This document shows, piece by piece, positions 1-17,086 of a stretch of DNA of 64,000 nucleotides (position 1 is the stretch's first letter; every line of letters begins with the position of its first letter). The stretch is from the NCBI RefSeq assembly GCF_009914755.1, contig NC_060925.1, one strand, 5' to 3'. Made by a program: the position numbers and the translations under genes. The notes beneath the pieces are model-generated. The model worked only from the letters and a program-made list of their open reading frames with translations, ran no database searches and was not told where the DNA came from. Source of the DNA: the human T2T-CHM13v2.0 reference genome, Homo sapiens.

Positions 1-407
1 ATTGTAGTTAAGAAAAACAAGCTCCAAATTCGAAAGAAATATGTAAGAAGAGAGACAGGAAGAAAAAATAATGAGGCAGGTAAATGCAACAGACAATTCG
101 AGACCCACAAATGCAGAGCAGGCTTCCCAGACCCGGGTAATGTCTCCTGGGCTGATAGGAAGCCCTCAACCCCCCAAGTCCTTCTCAGCCGTAAACCGCC
201 TGAGCACAGAGCCACAGGGACCGTGTTGGGGCTGGGCCTCCCGACTTCAGTTCCTCTCATTCTGTGCAAAAGGAAAAACAATTCAGAATCTACAGAGTTT
301 TAGAGGTGTGCAGATGTGGACAGAGAAGTCCGGGCACAGTGGTTTACTGCCCAAGAAGACAGTGAGTCCCCGGAGGAATAGAAGAATATACATCATGCTA
401 ATATATG

Positions 408-690
408 TCATCCCAGTACTTTGGGAGGCCGAGGCAGGTGGATCACTTGAGGTCAAGAGTTCGAGACCAGCCTGGCCAACATGGTGAAACCCCGTCTCTA
501 CTAAAAATACAGAAATTAGTTGGCCGCGGGGGTGGATGACTGTGATCCCAGATACTCGGGAGACAGAGGCAGGATGAACTGCTTGAACCTGGGAGGAGGA
601 GGTTGCAGTGAGCTGAGATCATGCCATTGTACTCCAGCCTGGGGAAAAGAGCAAGATCCCGTCTCAAAGAAAAAAGAAAAAAAGAAAGAA
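408..690 (+). mobile_element. Alu element, 5'-degenerate
   Basis: TCCCAGTACTTTGGGAGGCCGAGGCAGGTGGATCACTTGAGGTC, A-rich linker, right arm and A-rich tail. Confidence 0.92.
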
Positions 691-1121
691 GTTGTGAGTG
701 CTAAGTTCTCTCTGGATTTTCAGGAGGCCAGTTCTCCAGTCCACGGTGGCCTGGGAGGACAGGGGTTCCTGAGGGTGAACAGAGCCTGTGCCCGGTCAGG
801 TAGGATCATATGTCCCTGAAGTTCAGAACCCAGGAGCATGGGGATGGTCCTGGGGGTTCCTGCTGCACGGAGGGAAGACCCTCTTTCCACAGGGGCCCCG
901 GAGAGCGAGAGGAAGGAGGAGGGCAGGTCAGTGAGTGTGATGGGGTCACAGTGGAGAGGGAAGCAGAAAGAAGTGTTCCCACAGCAAGACACACACAGTG
1001 TCCACGCTGAAGCTACAGAGAGGACCTCTCCACCTGTGTCTGCCGCAAAGCAGTGGGGCGTCTTCTGGCAGCCCAGAGTCACCTCCAGATCCCACCTGCA
1101 CCATGCTTCCTGCGGAGACTG

Positions 1122-2759
<1,638 letters not shown>

Positions 2760-2760
<1 letters not shown>

Positions 2761-3500
2761 TCTATATATTATAAAATATTATATAAAATTATACATGTAT
2801 AATAAAATGTTACATAAAAATTTTAATATAATACCATTTTATTACATATATTTCTAAATTTAATATAATGAAATTTTATATATAATAATGTATAACATTT
2901 CTAAATTTATTATAATACAATGATATATAATTATTTTCTCATATTATAATTATACATAAGGTAATTTATTATAAATAAAATTTTATATAATCTACATTTA
3001 TTATAATAAAATTTTATTACATATAACACATTTCTAAATTTAATACAATAAAATACTATGTATAATAATTTATAACGTTTCAAAATTTATTATATAATTT
3101 TATTATACAATTATACATAATTATATATAGTATATAATTGTATTTATAGAAATATAATGATGCATATGCAATATGTAATTTTATTTTTACACAGTATATA
3201 TGCATAATTATGTATTAACAAATATAATAATATCAATTTTATATACTTATTTACATTAAGTTATATATTATATAAATGATGTTATATGTTATATATGTTA
3301 CATATATTTTTGCTTAATATATTAAATTTAATCTATAAAATTATGTATTAGAAATAGAAGTATTTTACATATACACTACATATAACTTTATTTATATAAA
3401 AATATAAAAGTCATATGGTTAAGTTAATAAAATAATTTGTATCAATCTATTCATATAAAATATACACAATGCATATTTATATAAATACAAAGTATATAAA
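2760..3500. repeat. AT-rich low-complexity tract
   Basis: Almost purely A/T degenerate (TA)n/(TAA)n sequence. Confidence 0.85.
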
Positions 3501-3728
3501 ACTTTTACCAGTAGGATGCAAAGAGTTGCTGACCGTCTGCAGAAATCCTGAACCTCTGGAAGCAGAATAAAATCTTACCTCCCAGTCTGCTTTGAAAGGA
3601 ACAGTAAAGCAGTCCCGAACCCCAAACCCACCCTAAAGGGAGATGGGGGAGTTGGGATGGACGCGTTGACCAGTGAGGACTTTCCTTTGCTGGTTTTGAG
3701 GTGTCTTAGCCCAGAAGCTAAGATGGGA

Positions 3729-5233
3729 AGTGATTCTGGAGCAGGTGAGCTGATCACAAGCCTGAGCCAAGAATCCATGGAGCTCATAAATAGCAGAAGC
3801 CAGGACCCTGTGCAAATCCTTCTGAAATATTCTCCATTTACTGGGCTCCTAGGGGTGGGGAAGAAAAATTCCCTGACATTTCGGCCTCAGGGAAAGAGAG
3901 AGACACCCCACTGGCCGGAAGCCTCTGCTATTTTTCAGAAGACAGCTGGGGCATCACCCTTTCCCAAATGACGGTGATTTTCAGAGTGGTTCACTTTTTG
4001 GAGAGACATTTCTGCCCTGGAGATCCATACATATTGAACCCAAATGAATATTTTTTAATAAAAAAAAATTAAACTTTAGAAAGTTCAATATTGAGGCAGC
4101 TACGAGTATGAATTCCTCATTTTTCCTAAATGCATGTTGTCAAAATTTGTATTGCATTTAGTAACTACTTATGTTTCTAATGTATATAAGGTTACACAAT
4201 GTTTTCTTCTTTTTCTGCTCCTCAGGGTCAGAATTTGAAATAAAAGTTTTGGAAAGAAAAAACACTCTTGTCTGTTTGTCCAAAAATAAAATAACCCATA
4301 TTTTAAGAATATTTTAAAATAAATACAAATTTTGTGTGGGGGGGTTGCTTATAAGAATTCTTCATATCCTAAATCAAAGATAGATCTTGTTATTAACCAG
4401 AAAACAAAATGTGTGTGTATAAATGTACAACACTCTTACACTCACACAAACACAGGCACACATGCACACACACACATTCACGCACTCACTGATGTACTCA
4501 CACAAACACAGGCATTCATGTATAAATACACACATAAGCGTGTATTTATAGAAATATAATTATGCACATACAATATATAATTTTATTTTTACATAGTATA
4601 TATACATAATTACGTATTAACAAATATAATAAGATCAATTTTATTATATACTTATTTACATAACGATATATTATATAAATGATGTTATATGGCATGTATA
4701 TATCACATATAACTTTGCTTAGTATATAAAATTTAATCTATAAAATTATGTATCACAAATAAAAGTATATTTTACATATACACTATATATAACTTTATTT
4801 ATATGAACTATAAAAATCATGTTTATATTAATAAAATATATTTATTTATATCAATATATTAATATAAAGTATGCACAATGTATATTTATATAAAAATTTT
4901 TAATTAAAAAATATTCATTTGGGTTCAATATGTATGGATCGCCAGGGCAGAAACATCTCTTCAAAAGGTGAACCGTTCTTAAAATCACCGTCATTTGGGA
5001 AAGAGTGATACCCCACCTGTTTTCTGAGAAACAGCAGAGGCGTATGGCCAGCGGGGTATCTCTCTCTTTCCCTGAGGCCGAAAAGTCAGGGAATTTTTCT
5101 TCCCCACCCCTAGGAGCTCTGTAAACCGGGGATATTTCAGAAGGATTTGCACAGGGTCCCGGCTTCTGTTGTAAATGAGCTCCATGGATTCTCGGCTCAG
5201 ACTTGTGATCAGCTCACCTGCTCCAGAATCACT
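3729..5233. repeat. Inverted repeat, arms 3729-4070 and 4895-5233 (~340 bp)
   Basis: AGTGATTCTGGAGCAGGTGAGCTGATCAC...GAACCCAAATGAATATTTTTTAAT appears reverse-complemented; the ORF track gives paralogous peptides (SDSGAGELITSLS...) on opposite strands. Confidence 0.93.
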
Positions 5234-6420
<1,187 letters not shown>

Positions 6421-6514
6421 GTAGAACAGGCCTGCATTACCTGATAACGCAGTTAAATCAGACGTGATGCTGCCTGCTGAGGAGACCTGGAGGCTTCCCA
6501 TGAATGGGCTTTCA

Positions 6515-7245
6515 GAAGAGAGGTCTCTGGGTGCATTTGGTGACACCCCAGGCAGTGGGGGAGACGTCCAGGCTGGAAGGCCAGACACAGCCAGCTCTGC
6601 CCAAGGATGCCACGTCCATTTGCTTCAGTAGGATATGTACCCTGGAAACCCAGCTTCCTGCCTCTCCAGGAAACCCCACTGAGGTCAGCACATCCCCCCA
6701 GGTTTAGAAGGGGTCTCTGGGTGCATCTGGTGACACCCCAGGTGGGGGGGAGACATCCAGGCTGGAAGGCCAGCCACAGCCAGCTCTGCCCGCGGATGCC
6801 ACGTCCATTTGCTTCAGTAGGATCTGCATCCTGTAAACCCTGGTTCCTGCTTCTCCAGGACACCCCACTGAGGTCAGCACTCTCCCCAGGTTTAGAAGGG
6901 GTCTCTCAGTGAAATGTGGTGACACCCCAGGCAGAAGGGGGGATGCCACAGCCAGCTCTGCCCGCGGATGCCACGTCCATTTGCTTCAGTCGGATCTGCA
7001 CCGTGGATACCCAGGTTCCTGCCTCTCCAGGACACCCCACTGATGTTAGCACACCCTCCAGGTTTACAAGCGGTCTCTGGGTACATTTGGTGACACCGTA
7101 GGCAGAGGGGGGACACCACAGCCAGCTCTGCCCGCGGATGCCACGTCCATTTGCTTCAGTAGGATCTGCACCCTGTAAACCCTGGTTCCTGCCTCTTCAG
7201 GACACCCCACTGAGGTCAGCACCCCCCACCCCCCACCCCCAGGTT
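6515..7245. repeat. GC-rich minisatellite, ~170-190 bp unit, 4 copies
   Basis: GGATGCCACGTCCATTTGCTTCAGT occurs four times; units start near 6521, 6711, 6899 and 7072. Confidence 0.93.
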
Positions 7246-7804
7246 TGTGCAGCTTCACTGTCTGGGGAGGGACACAGAAAGACCACATTCGGTGGAATTC
7301 TGGCTATAACCTTTTGTGGCCGGCAAGAAGGATCACCAAGCTGTCCTGTTACCTTGCTGGAGTGATCACTGGCTTCACGCTTGGCCCCCGTGCAGTGAGT
7401 GCCTGGGCCAGGCTCGATTCTTGGAGCTCCAGTGAAATTTGGGCTTGGAGCTCACGCCTGCACCATCCAGAAAGCAGAAGGCAGCTGGCCCGGGCTGTAC
7501 GGTTCGTAGAATCAGAGAGAACACTGCTTGCCTTCATGTCTGTACCACAATAAATCTGCCAACTGTGGTCAAAGTCTCTGGATTCCTGCCCCCTCATTTT
7601 ATTTTGTCTATTATGGAGTGGAAGGAGTGAGAAAGATTTTGCTTCCTATTTTGTTTTGCAAGGCGTTTCTAAGAAAAACAACCCGTGTTCTGCAAACGAG
7701 ATTCTGAGTGTCCCCTGGGCGTGATGAAAACAAACTTTGGGAATCCAAGGGCCTGAGAGGCAGAGTGAATGTCATTCACATTTCCCTGCGAATGACAAAG
7801 TCAC

Positions 7805-7848
<44 letters not shown>

Positions 7849-8082
7849 GATTCAGGGGATCCATGGGCAGCTTTGTGTCCTGGGGATATTGTACAATGCT
7901 GAGGTTTGGGGTATGAATAATCCCGTCACCCAGGCACTGAGCATTGTACATTCCTGAGGTATATAATGTGTACTAAAAATAAAATGTATATTTATATATG
8001 CACTAATGATTCAACTTGATTCCTTGTAATTAAGAAAAACAAACCCCAAATTCGAGAGGAGTTCTAGAAATATATAAGAAGA

Positions 8083-8485
<403 letters not shown>

Positions 8486-8610
8486 TCAGGGTAGTTTTTC
8501 AACTCTTGTACCCCCGCCCCTGCTTCCTACTCTATTAGTCCTGAGGGTCTGTGGTGCTCCTTCATTGTGTCCAGGTGCAGGCAATGTTTAGCTCCCACCT
8601 ATAAGCAAAA

Positions 8611-9555
8611 ACATGTGGTATTTTATTTTCTGTTCCTGGCGTTAATTCACTAAGCATAGTGCCCTTCAGCTTCATCCATGTGACTGCAAAGGGCATGATT
8701 TTATTCTTGTTCATGGCTGTGTAGTATTCCATGATGCGGAAGGATCACATTTACTTTATCTAATTGAGCACATGTGGTATTTGATTTTCTGTTTCTGGCA
8801 TTAATTCACTAAGCATAATTCCCTTCAGCTTCATCCACGTTGCTGCAAAGGGCATGATTTTATTCTTGTTCATGGCTGTGTAGTATTCCATGATGCAGAA
8901 GGACCACATTTGCTTTATCTAGTGCAGAACATGTGGTATTTGATTTTCTGTTCCTCATATTGATTCACTAAGCATAATGCCCTCTGGCTGCATCCATGTG
9001 GCTGCAAAGACATGATTTTATTTTTTTCATCACTGTGTAGTATTCCGTGGTGTAGAAGGGCCACATTTGCTTTATCCAGTTGAGAACATGTAGTATTTCA
9101 TTTTCTGTTCCTGGCATTAATTCACTAAGCATAATGTCCTTCAGCTGTGTCCATGTGGCTGCAAAGGACATGACATTATTCTTTTTCATGGCTGTGTAGT
9201 ATTCCATGACGCAGAAAGACCACATTTGCTTTATCTAGTGGAGAACATGTGGTATTCCATTTTCTTTTCCTGGCGTTAATTCACTAAGCATAATTCCCTT
9301 CAGCTGTGTCCATGTGGCTGCAAAAACATGATTTTATTCTTTTTCATGGCAGTGCAGTATTCCATGGTGTAGAAGGGCCACAATTGCTTTATCCAGTCAA
9401 GAACATGTGGTATTTGATTTTCTGTTCTTGTGTTAATTCATTAAGCATAATGTCCTCCAGCTACATCCATGTGGCTGCAAAGGACATGATTTTATTCTTT
9501 TTCATGGCTGTGTAGTATTCGATGCTGTAGAAGAACCACTTTTGCTTTATCCGGT
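8611..9555. repeat. L1-derived tandem repeat, ~158 bp unit, 6 copies
   Basis: ACATGTGGTATT...TTAATTCACTAAGCATAAT...GTGTAGTATTCC recurs at ~8611, 8770, 8929, 9087, 9246 and 9403. Confidence 0.92.
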
Positions 9556-9626
9556 ACCCCACTGATGGGCAACTAGGTTGATTCCATGACTTTCCTATTG
9601 TAAGTCGTGCTGTGATGAACCTTACA

Positions 9627-9912
9627 GGGCCAGGCACTGTAATCCCAGCACTCTGGAGGGCCAAGGTGGGCAGATCACCTGAGGTCAGGAGTTCGAGACC
9701 AGCCTGGTCAATATGGTGAAACCCTGTCTCTACTAAAAATACAAAAATTAGCCAGGCATGGTGGTGCATGCCTGTAATCCCAGCTGCTCAGGAGGCTGAG
9801 GCAGGAGAATCACTTGAACCCTGGAGACAGAGGTTGCAGTGAGCCGAGATTGCTACTGCACTCCAGCATGGGAAATAGAGCGAGACTCCATCTCAAAAAA
9901 CAAACAAAAAAG
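9627..9912 (+). mobile_element. Alu with a short 5' deletion, inserted in L1
   Basis: Alu dimer motifs; near-identical flanks GAAC(C/T)TTAC. Confidence 0.92.
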
Positions 9913-10010
9913 GAACTTTACCATGCATGTGTCTTTTTGGTAGAATGACTTCTTTTCCTTTGGGTAGATGCCCAGTCTTGGAATTGCTGGTGCAAATGGT
10001 GGAGCAGTTT

Positions 10011-10775
10011 GGATTCGGGAGGTACATGTACAGGTTTCTTACATGGGTACAATGTGTGATGCTGAGGTCTGGGGTATGAGTGATCCCATCACCCAGGTAG
10101 TGAGCATAATACCTCACAGTTGGTTTTTTCAACTCTTGTCCTTCTACCTTCCTCTCTCCCCCTAACTAAACCCCAATATCTGTTCCCTTCTCTGTGTCTA
10201 CATATATGCAACATTTAGCTCCCACTTATAAGTGAGAACACGCAGCATTCTGTTAATTTACTTAAGATAATGGCCTCCACACTGTTCACAATAGCAAAGA
10301 TGTGGAACCAACCCAAATGCTCATCAGTGATAGACTGGATAAAGAAAATGTAGCACATAGACACTGTGGAATACTATGCAGCCATGAAAAAGATGAGTTC
10401 ATGTCCTTTGCAGGGACATGGATGAAGCTGGAAACCCTCATGTTCAGCAAAGTGACACAGGAGCAGAAAACCAAACAGTGCATGTTCTCACTCATAAGTG
10501 GGAAGTGAACAATGAGAACACATCGACCCAGAGAGGGGAACATCACACACTGGGGCCTATTGCAGGGGTGGGGGACTGGGGGAGGGACAGCATTATGAGA
10601 AATATCTAATGTAGATGATGGGTTGATGGGTGCAGCAAACCACTATGGCACATGTATATCTATGTAACAATCCTGCACATTCTGCACATATACCCCAGAA
10701 CTTAAAGTAGAATAGAAAAAATAATAATAAAAATAATTAAAAAAAATAATGGCCTCCAGCTACATCCATGTTGCT

Positions 10776-10810
<35 letters not shown>

Positions 10811-10878
10811 AACCATGATTTTGTTCCTTTTCAGGGTTGCGTAGTAGTCCATGGTGTAGATGTACCGCATTTTCTTTG
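10011..10878 (-). mobile_element. Second old L1 3' fragment, host of a nested L1PA
   Basis: GATTCGGGAGGTACATGTACAGG...TTTAGCTCCCACTTATAAGTGAGAAC; resumes after 10746. Confidence 0.7.
10281..10746 (+). mobile_element. 5'-truncated L1PA 3' end with target-site duplication
   Basis: TTCACAATAGCAAAGA...CCCAGAACTTAAAGTA plus A-rich tail; ATAATGGCCTCCA on both sides. Confidence 0.9.
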
Positions 10879-10924
10879 AGGGTGGAGGGTGGGAGGAGGG
10901 AGAAGATCAGCAAAAATAACCTGT

Positions 10925-11235
<311 letters not shown>

Positions 11236-11720
11236 ACCTGCTAGGCTTAGGACCTAGGTTGATTCCATTACAAAAAAAAAACAAAAAACAAAAAAAAAAC
11301 CTAACTTTTTAAAAGAAGGATCTCTCTGTTCAAAAACAAAACCAATGCCCTGTCAGGAAAGATGTTCTGTGTTTCTGGTAAAGCTGGAAGGAACCTACAG
11401 GAAGGAGTCACCTCATAAAACTAGTGGAGCAGCATTGCCTTTTGGGGTGAGGGCTGCTTCTGTTAGGCCACCAGGATGAGTGCCTTCCTGGGGAGTGTGG
11501 TTCATCCTATACCATCCAGGAAGCAATTCCTGCCCCCAAATCACCTGCCAGCTTCTGCCCTGTAAGTAAAATCCCCAGCAAGCGGGCAGCAAGGAGCTGC
11601 TTGCCTTGGAAGGCAGCTGAAGTCTCTGCCCACCACCCAGACTGTGTCCTCTGGGCAAGGCCAGGGCTTCCAGTTGGATGGTTTTCACATTAGCGGCTGC
11701 TGTTTAGAATCATCAACATT

Positions 11721-12545
<825 letters not shown>

Positions 12546-13030
12546 ATAATAGTGTCAAATGAGAGCCAGTGTCCAGTAATTCCCCAAATATCTGAGAATT
12601 TTCTTTTCTTTAAGTCACAGTCATCCTGGCAGAAGGCTGTAGGTCCCTTTGGGGAAGACTGGGAAAAAGATTAACAATGTAAATTTTTGGCAATGTAGCA
12701 GCGTACTTCCCCAAGATCACCCAGCCTCCCCTTCACTTAAGGGGTTGTGGGCCTGTGAACTGGCTCAAGTCTGGGAATTGATTGAGGGTTTTAGATCTGT
12801 GTTTCATTAATTTGAGTTAGTCTTTTATTCAGTTGACCTAGAATTCTTCATTTTTTAAAGAACAACTAAGACTTTGGTACAGCCCATTAGCTCTCCCTGT
12901 GGATACCATGGACTACACAATGCCGTGGGTGTCTGTGAGTCAAGCCATTCTGACTGCTGCTTTGACACTGCTTTCCACTGTGGTGACCACACCCACCTCA
13001 TCTTTGGTGATTAAGGACAGCCCATGTTCC
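12546..13030 (-). mobile_element. ERVL internal (gag/protease) fragment
   Basis: Minus strand reads ...QFPDLSQFTGPQPL...LPKIYIVNLFPSLPQRDL...GELLDTGS, matching my recollection of HERV-L gag-pro with the DTG protease motif. Confidence 0.7.
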
Positions 13031-13341
13031 CTGCCACCCCAGGATTCAATTATCCTCATTTTACTTAAAGATCCCAGTCCAGCGGCTGCAGTTCCTGCTG
13101 TAACATTTTGCCTACTGAGAGCACAAGCTCAAAGCTCTTCCAGGATACTGGGCTCCTCTCACAATATTCTTTCTCATGATCGTTGTGAGGAGTATGTTCC
13201 GTAGACCCTCCAGTGTGAGTGAGCAGGTCTGACATAATAAATCCAGTCTCCCTGAGTTTTTGCATACCTTTCTGTACACATAAACCAAGGAAGTTGTGGC
13301 ATCTCAACTTTATGTACCTTAGGTAAACTCTGATTCTGTTT

Positions 13342-13493
13342 CAGCCAACCAACCAAGTCACCAAACAAATAAGCAAACAGCCAACCAATCAACCAACAAG
13401 CAAGCAAGCAACAAACCAACCAAACAACCAAGCAAGGAAGCAAGCACCAACCAACCAAGCAAGCAACCAACCAAGTAACCGATCAAACCAACC
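13342..13493. repeat. (AACC/AAGC)n simple repeat
   Basis: Degenerate tetranucleotide run. Confidence 0.85.
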
Positions 13494-13694
13494 CTTGGAG
13501 CCCTTTCTAAAGCTTTGACCTACAACCCTGAGTCCAGAATCTCTGTTTAGTGGGCCAACATTAATAAATTTAGCCTAATCCAACTTTATGTTACTTCCAC
13601 CATGGTGCCACACACTTAATATCCATTCCCACATATATTCTCCAGATTTCCTTCTGTATAAATTGCGTGTGTGTGTGTGTGTAGAAAGAGAGCA

Positions 13695-14622
13695 TCAACT
13701 GAAAAATCACACAATTTTATAAATTTAGAAAAGAGAGCTTTATTTCTTATATAGGTTTGCAGTCTGCAAGGTGGCCATTATGACAGGCTGGGAAGTGTGG
13801 CCTACAGCCAAGGCCAGAGGCAGGCATTTCCAGGGAGGGAAGGAGAGGACAGGAATTTGAGCCAAATGAGTTGGCTACATATACATACTCAATAGGATAT
13901 CAGAGGAGCTATATCATTTTATGAGAATACTCATAAAAGAGGTCCTAATGCATGCACATTCAATAAACATGCATGTTCATTCTGGGGTGGAGACTTGACA
14001 TTTAAATGTATTATAATTAGGCCCTACACATCAAAAAGTGAAGCAGGGACATGAAGGTACTCAGCCTCTGTAAAGGCACTGCCTCCAAAACTGGCCAGAA
14101 CGAGTCCATGGAGGATGGTCTCTTATCAGGAGAAAGTTACTGAAATCAGTCCCTTGTCCAGAGAAAGCTGTCATTAAGGTTAGTGGGGCAGGAGATCAGT
14201 TACTCAGCGTCTGTGAACTGGGTGAGTTGTAATTGTTTTAATCTTGCTTCTCTCACAGCCAGTGCTTGCTTGGTTGCTAGAGAAAAATAAAACCCATGTG
14301 GTAGTTAGAATCTAGTTAATTCTTTAAGAGTAGGGTACAAGACTTAACGCTCGCCTGGCATGGCCCTAGGTCCTGTTTATAATTTGAGGTCTTATTGCCA
14401 CAAAGAGTCTGTTCTGTCAGTCTCATGATCTCTATTTTAACATTAATGCTGTTCAGTTGTTGGGTCTAAACCATAAGAGGGAGGGAGGTACAGGGAGGTA
14501 TGTCTGACCTCCTGTCCTGTCATGGCCAAGAACTGAATTTTAAGATTTATTTGAGGTTCCGTTGGCCAACAGGGGGTCTGTTAAGTCAGGTGGGGGGCTT
14601 AGGATTTTATTTTTAGTTTTCA
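13695..14622 (-). mobile_element. Solo LTR, probably ERV1/MER4 group
   Basis: TTTATTTCTTAT (minus-strand poly(A) signal), GCAAGGTGGCCATT...GACAGGCTGGGAAG and GGGGGCTTAGGATTTTATTTTTAGTTTTCA end, typical of MER4-group LTRs; subfamily not determined. Confidence 0.6.
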
Positions 14623-16129
14623 AGGGAGATAAAATAATTTAATCAATTGGCCCCCGTGACTGTGGGATTAACATGGCTATGATCTGTCGGACAGACTTCA
14701 CGCTGGCACCCAGGCAAAATTCTATGCTGTAGTAAATGCATCATGCACATTTGTAACAACACGTACATAACAATGTCACAAAATACTTTCACGGTGACAC
14801 CTAGATTAGTATTTTATTGAATAGCTGATGATATAAACTGGCTCATTTGATGCCAAGACTGACCATCACCACCATACCAAGGTCATCACTGATCAGAGGC
14901 CTAACCCAAGGAGGGGGTCATGTGCAGACCCAGCAGTGGGGAGGAAAGATGCTGCAGAGGAGACGGATGCCCACAGAGGCCCCTGAGCAGACACAATGCT
15001 CACTAAGTGGTAAGTATAGACTCAACGTAGGCTGTAAGGTCTCCCCCTGTGCAAATGGGACCCCGTCCACTTGAGAGTCAAGGGTCTGTTTGGGTGGCAG
15101 GGATAGCCACTTCTGAAGGTAGAAAGGAAAATAAGCCACCAATTTGGTAGCTTTCTGTGAAATGGACATCGTGCTTAGAATCTCCATTTTCCCCACAACC
15201 TGGAGGAATAAGTACTGTCATCTGCATTTTGTAGCTGAAGAATCTGACTCAACAAAATTAAATTACTCGCCTAAGCAATTAGCAATTAACCAAGTCTTTC
15301 TGACTCAGAAACCCAGCTGTTGCCTGCTCATATCCAGCCCCTGTATTGGGGTCAAGATCTGGCCTGTTCTCAATGCAGCAAGATCCAGGCAGATCACACT
15401 GGACTCCCAGCACTGAATCTGGCTCGAGGGGACATAAAATTTGACTGGGTCATGGGGCTCAGGAGCATCACTCTCAAAAATGGCAGTACAGGAAGAGGCG
15501 ATGGCCCTAAACAGCATTTGCAGGCAGATCCCATGTTAATCGTAAGGGTCAGGACTCTCACTTTTCTGTCTCTCTCTCTGTCTCTCCTCTAGGGCTGACC
15601 CCACATTGGACACCACTACATCCATGTCCATCACACACCACAGCTGCCTTTTCTTCTGCCTGCTTATGGGAAAGTCCCCTCCTCTCCTCCATTTTCTTCT
15701 CTTCCTGCCCTATCACACCGTGCACTTCTCCCTTTCCTTAAAGAACCACCATCAACTTTAGGAGGAGGGAAAGGGGTGGCTCTGGCAGGAAAAGCCAGAA
15801 TCCCCTCTAGCCAGCAGAGAGAGAGGAATGGCTGCCTGTTTTCTCCCCCAGTCCAAGGCACTAGGTTTTGGCTAGGTTGCAGGTTCCAAGCTGCTCTCCT
15901 GCTGTGTCGGTGAGTTCTGGTCAACCTGCAACCTCCTGATGTGGCCACTGCAGTTCATCGAGTCTTCAGGGACTCCCCATGGCCTGGAGTACTTTGCCTT
16001 GCTTACACGGGAGAGGAGAATGGATTTATAGGGAACATCATCTAAATCCAACTTGACCATTGTGTGGCCACACTTGCTAGATTGCTATAGTCTAAATCTA
16101 GCATTGTAGAAAGACGGGGGAGCTTGGAG

Positions 16130-16230
16130 CTGCACAAACCCAGGTCTGGAACTGGCTCCTTACCTTGAAAGGTGAATGATCCTGGCAGGACTCTTAGCCT
16201 CCCTGGGCCTCAGTTTCTTTATCTGTTTCT
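16130..16230 (+). mobile_element. MIR fragment
   Basis: CTTAGCCTCCCTGGGCCTCAGTTTCTTTATCTGT core. Confidence 0.6.
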
Positions 16231-16479
16231 TGCTGGTTGGTTGGGTGATGTGGGGGCTCTGTGAAAACAGCTTGTCAATACAAGCCGAAATAGGAATATT
16301 TCTCCACAGAGTATGAAGGTCAAATGAGAGAATACATTTAAATTAAATGGAAAATTAAAATGGCAGAAAAGGCAAAGTTGTATTGAAAGTTCCGAGCTTC
16401 TCTATAAGGAGCTTTTTGACTATGTAAGAATCCGGTACTCGTTCCCCCTAAATATAAAAAAAAAAGTTGAAGGAGGAAG

Positions 16480-16761
16480 AAGGGAGAGTGATGCATGATG
16501 GGCGAGGACTTCACCTGCTGTTGCTGGCTTTGAGGATGGAGGAAGGAGGCCACAAACCTAGAAGCTGGAGCCCCTAGAAGCTAGAAAAGGCAGGGACCCG
16601 ATTCATCCCTTGAGCCTCCAGAAGGGACATAGCCCCGCCAGCACCTTGACTTTAGCCCAGTGAGATCCTCTTAGGACTTTTGGCAACCAGAACTATAAGA
16701 CAGAAATGGAAGCCACTGAGTCTGTAGCTGTTTGTTGCAGCAGCAATAGAAAACTAATGCA
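16480..16761 (+). mobile_element. MLT1-type MaLR LTR, 3' part
   Basis: GAAGCTAGAAAAGGCAGGG...GAGCCTCCAGAAGG...CACCTTGACTTTAGCCCAGTGAGA...GCAGCAATAGAAAACTAATGCA. Confidence 0.75.
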
Positions 16762-16779
16762 GAGCCCAAGAAATCACTG

Positions 16780-16990
16780 GTGATGAGATGGGGAAGTGGG
16801 CTCAGGAGGTCTGGATCTGTGATGAGATGGGGAAAGTGGGGGAGGTCTGGATCTCTGATGAGATGGGGAAAGTGGGCTCAGGAGGTCTGGATCTGTGATG
16901 AGATGGGGAAAGTGGGCTCAGGAGGTCTGGATCTGTGATGAGATGGGGGAAGTGGGCTCAGGAGGTCTGGATCTGAGTTGGGGATCTGGA
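16780..16990. repeat. 40-bp minisatellite, ~5 copies
   Basis: GTGATGAGATGGGGAAAGTGGGCTCAGGAGGTCTGGATCT repeated. Confidence 0.92.
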
Positions 16991-17053
16991 GTGGAAGGGG
17001 AATTCATTTGTTCATTGTCTATCCTTTTGCATTGATTGAGTTTTTTTCTATAT

Positions 17054-17086
<33 letters not shown>

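Noticed and set aside
15872-16060. VKLDLDDVPYKSILL resembles the RalGDS RA-domain YKSIL motif
   Set aside because: Wrong strand and wrong side relative to the RALGDS-like exons, and the similarity is too short to support
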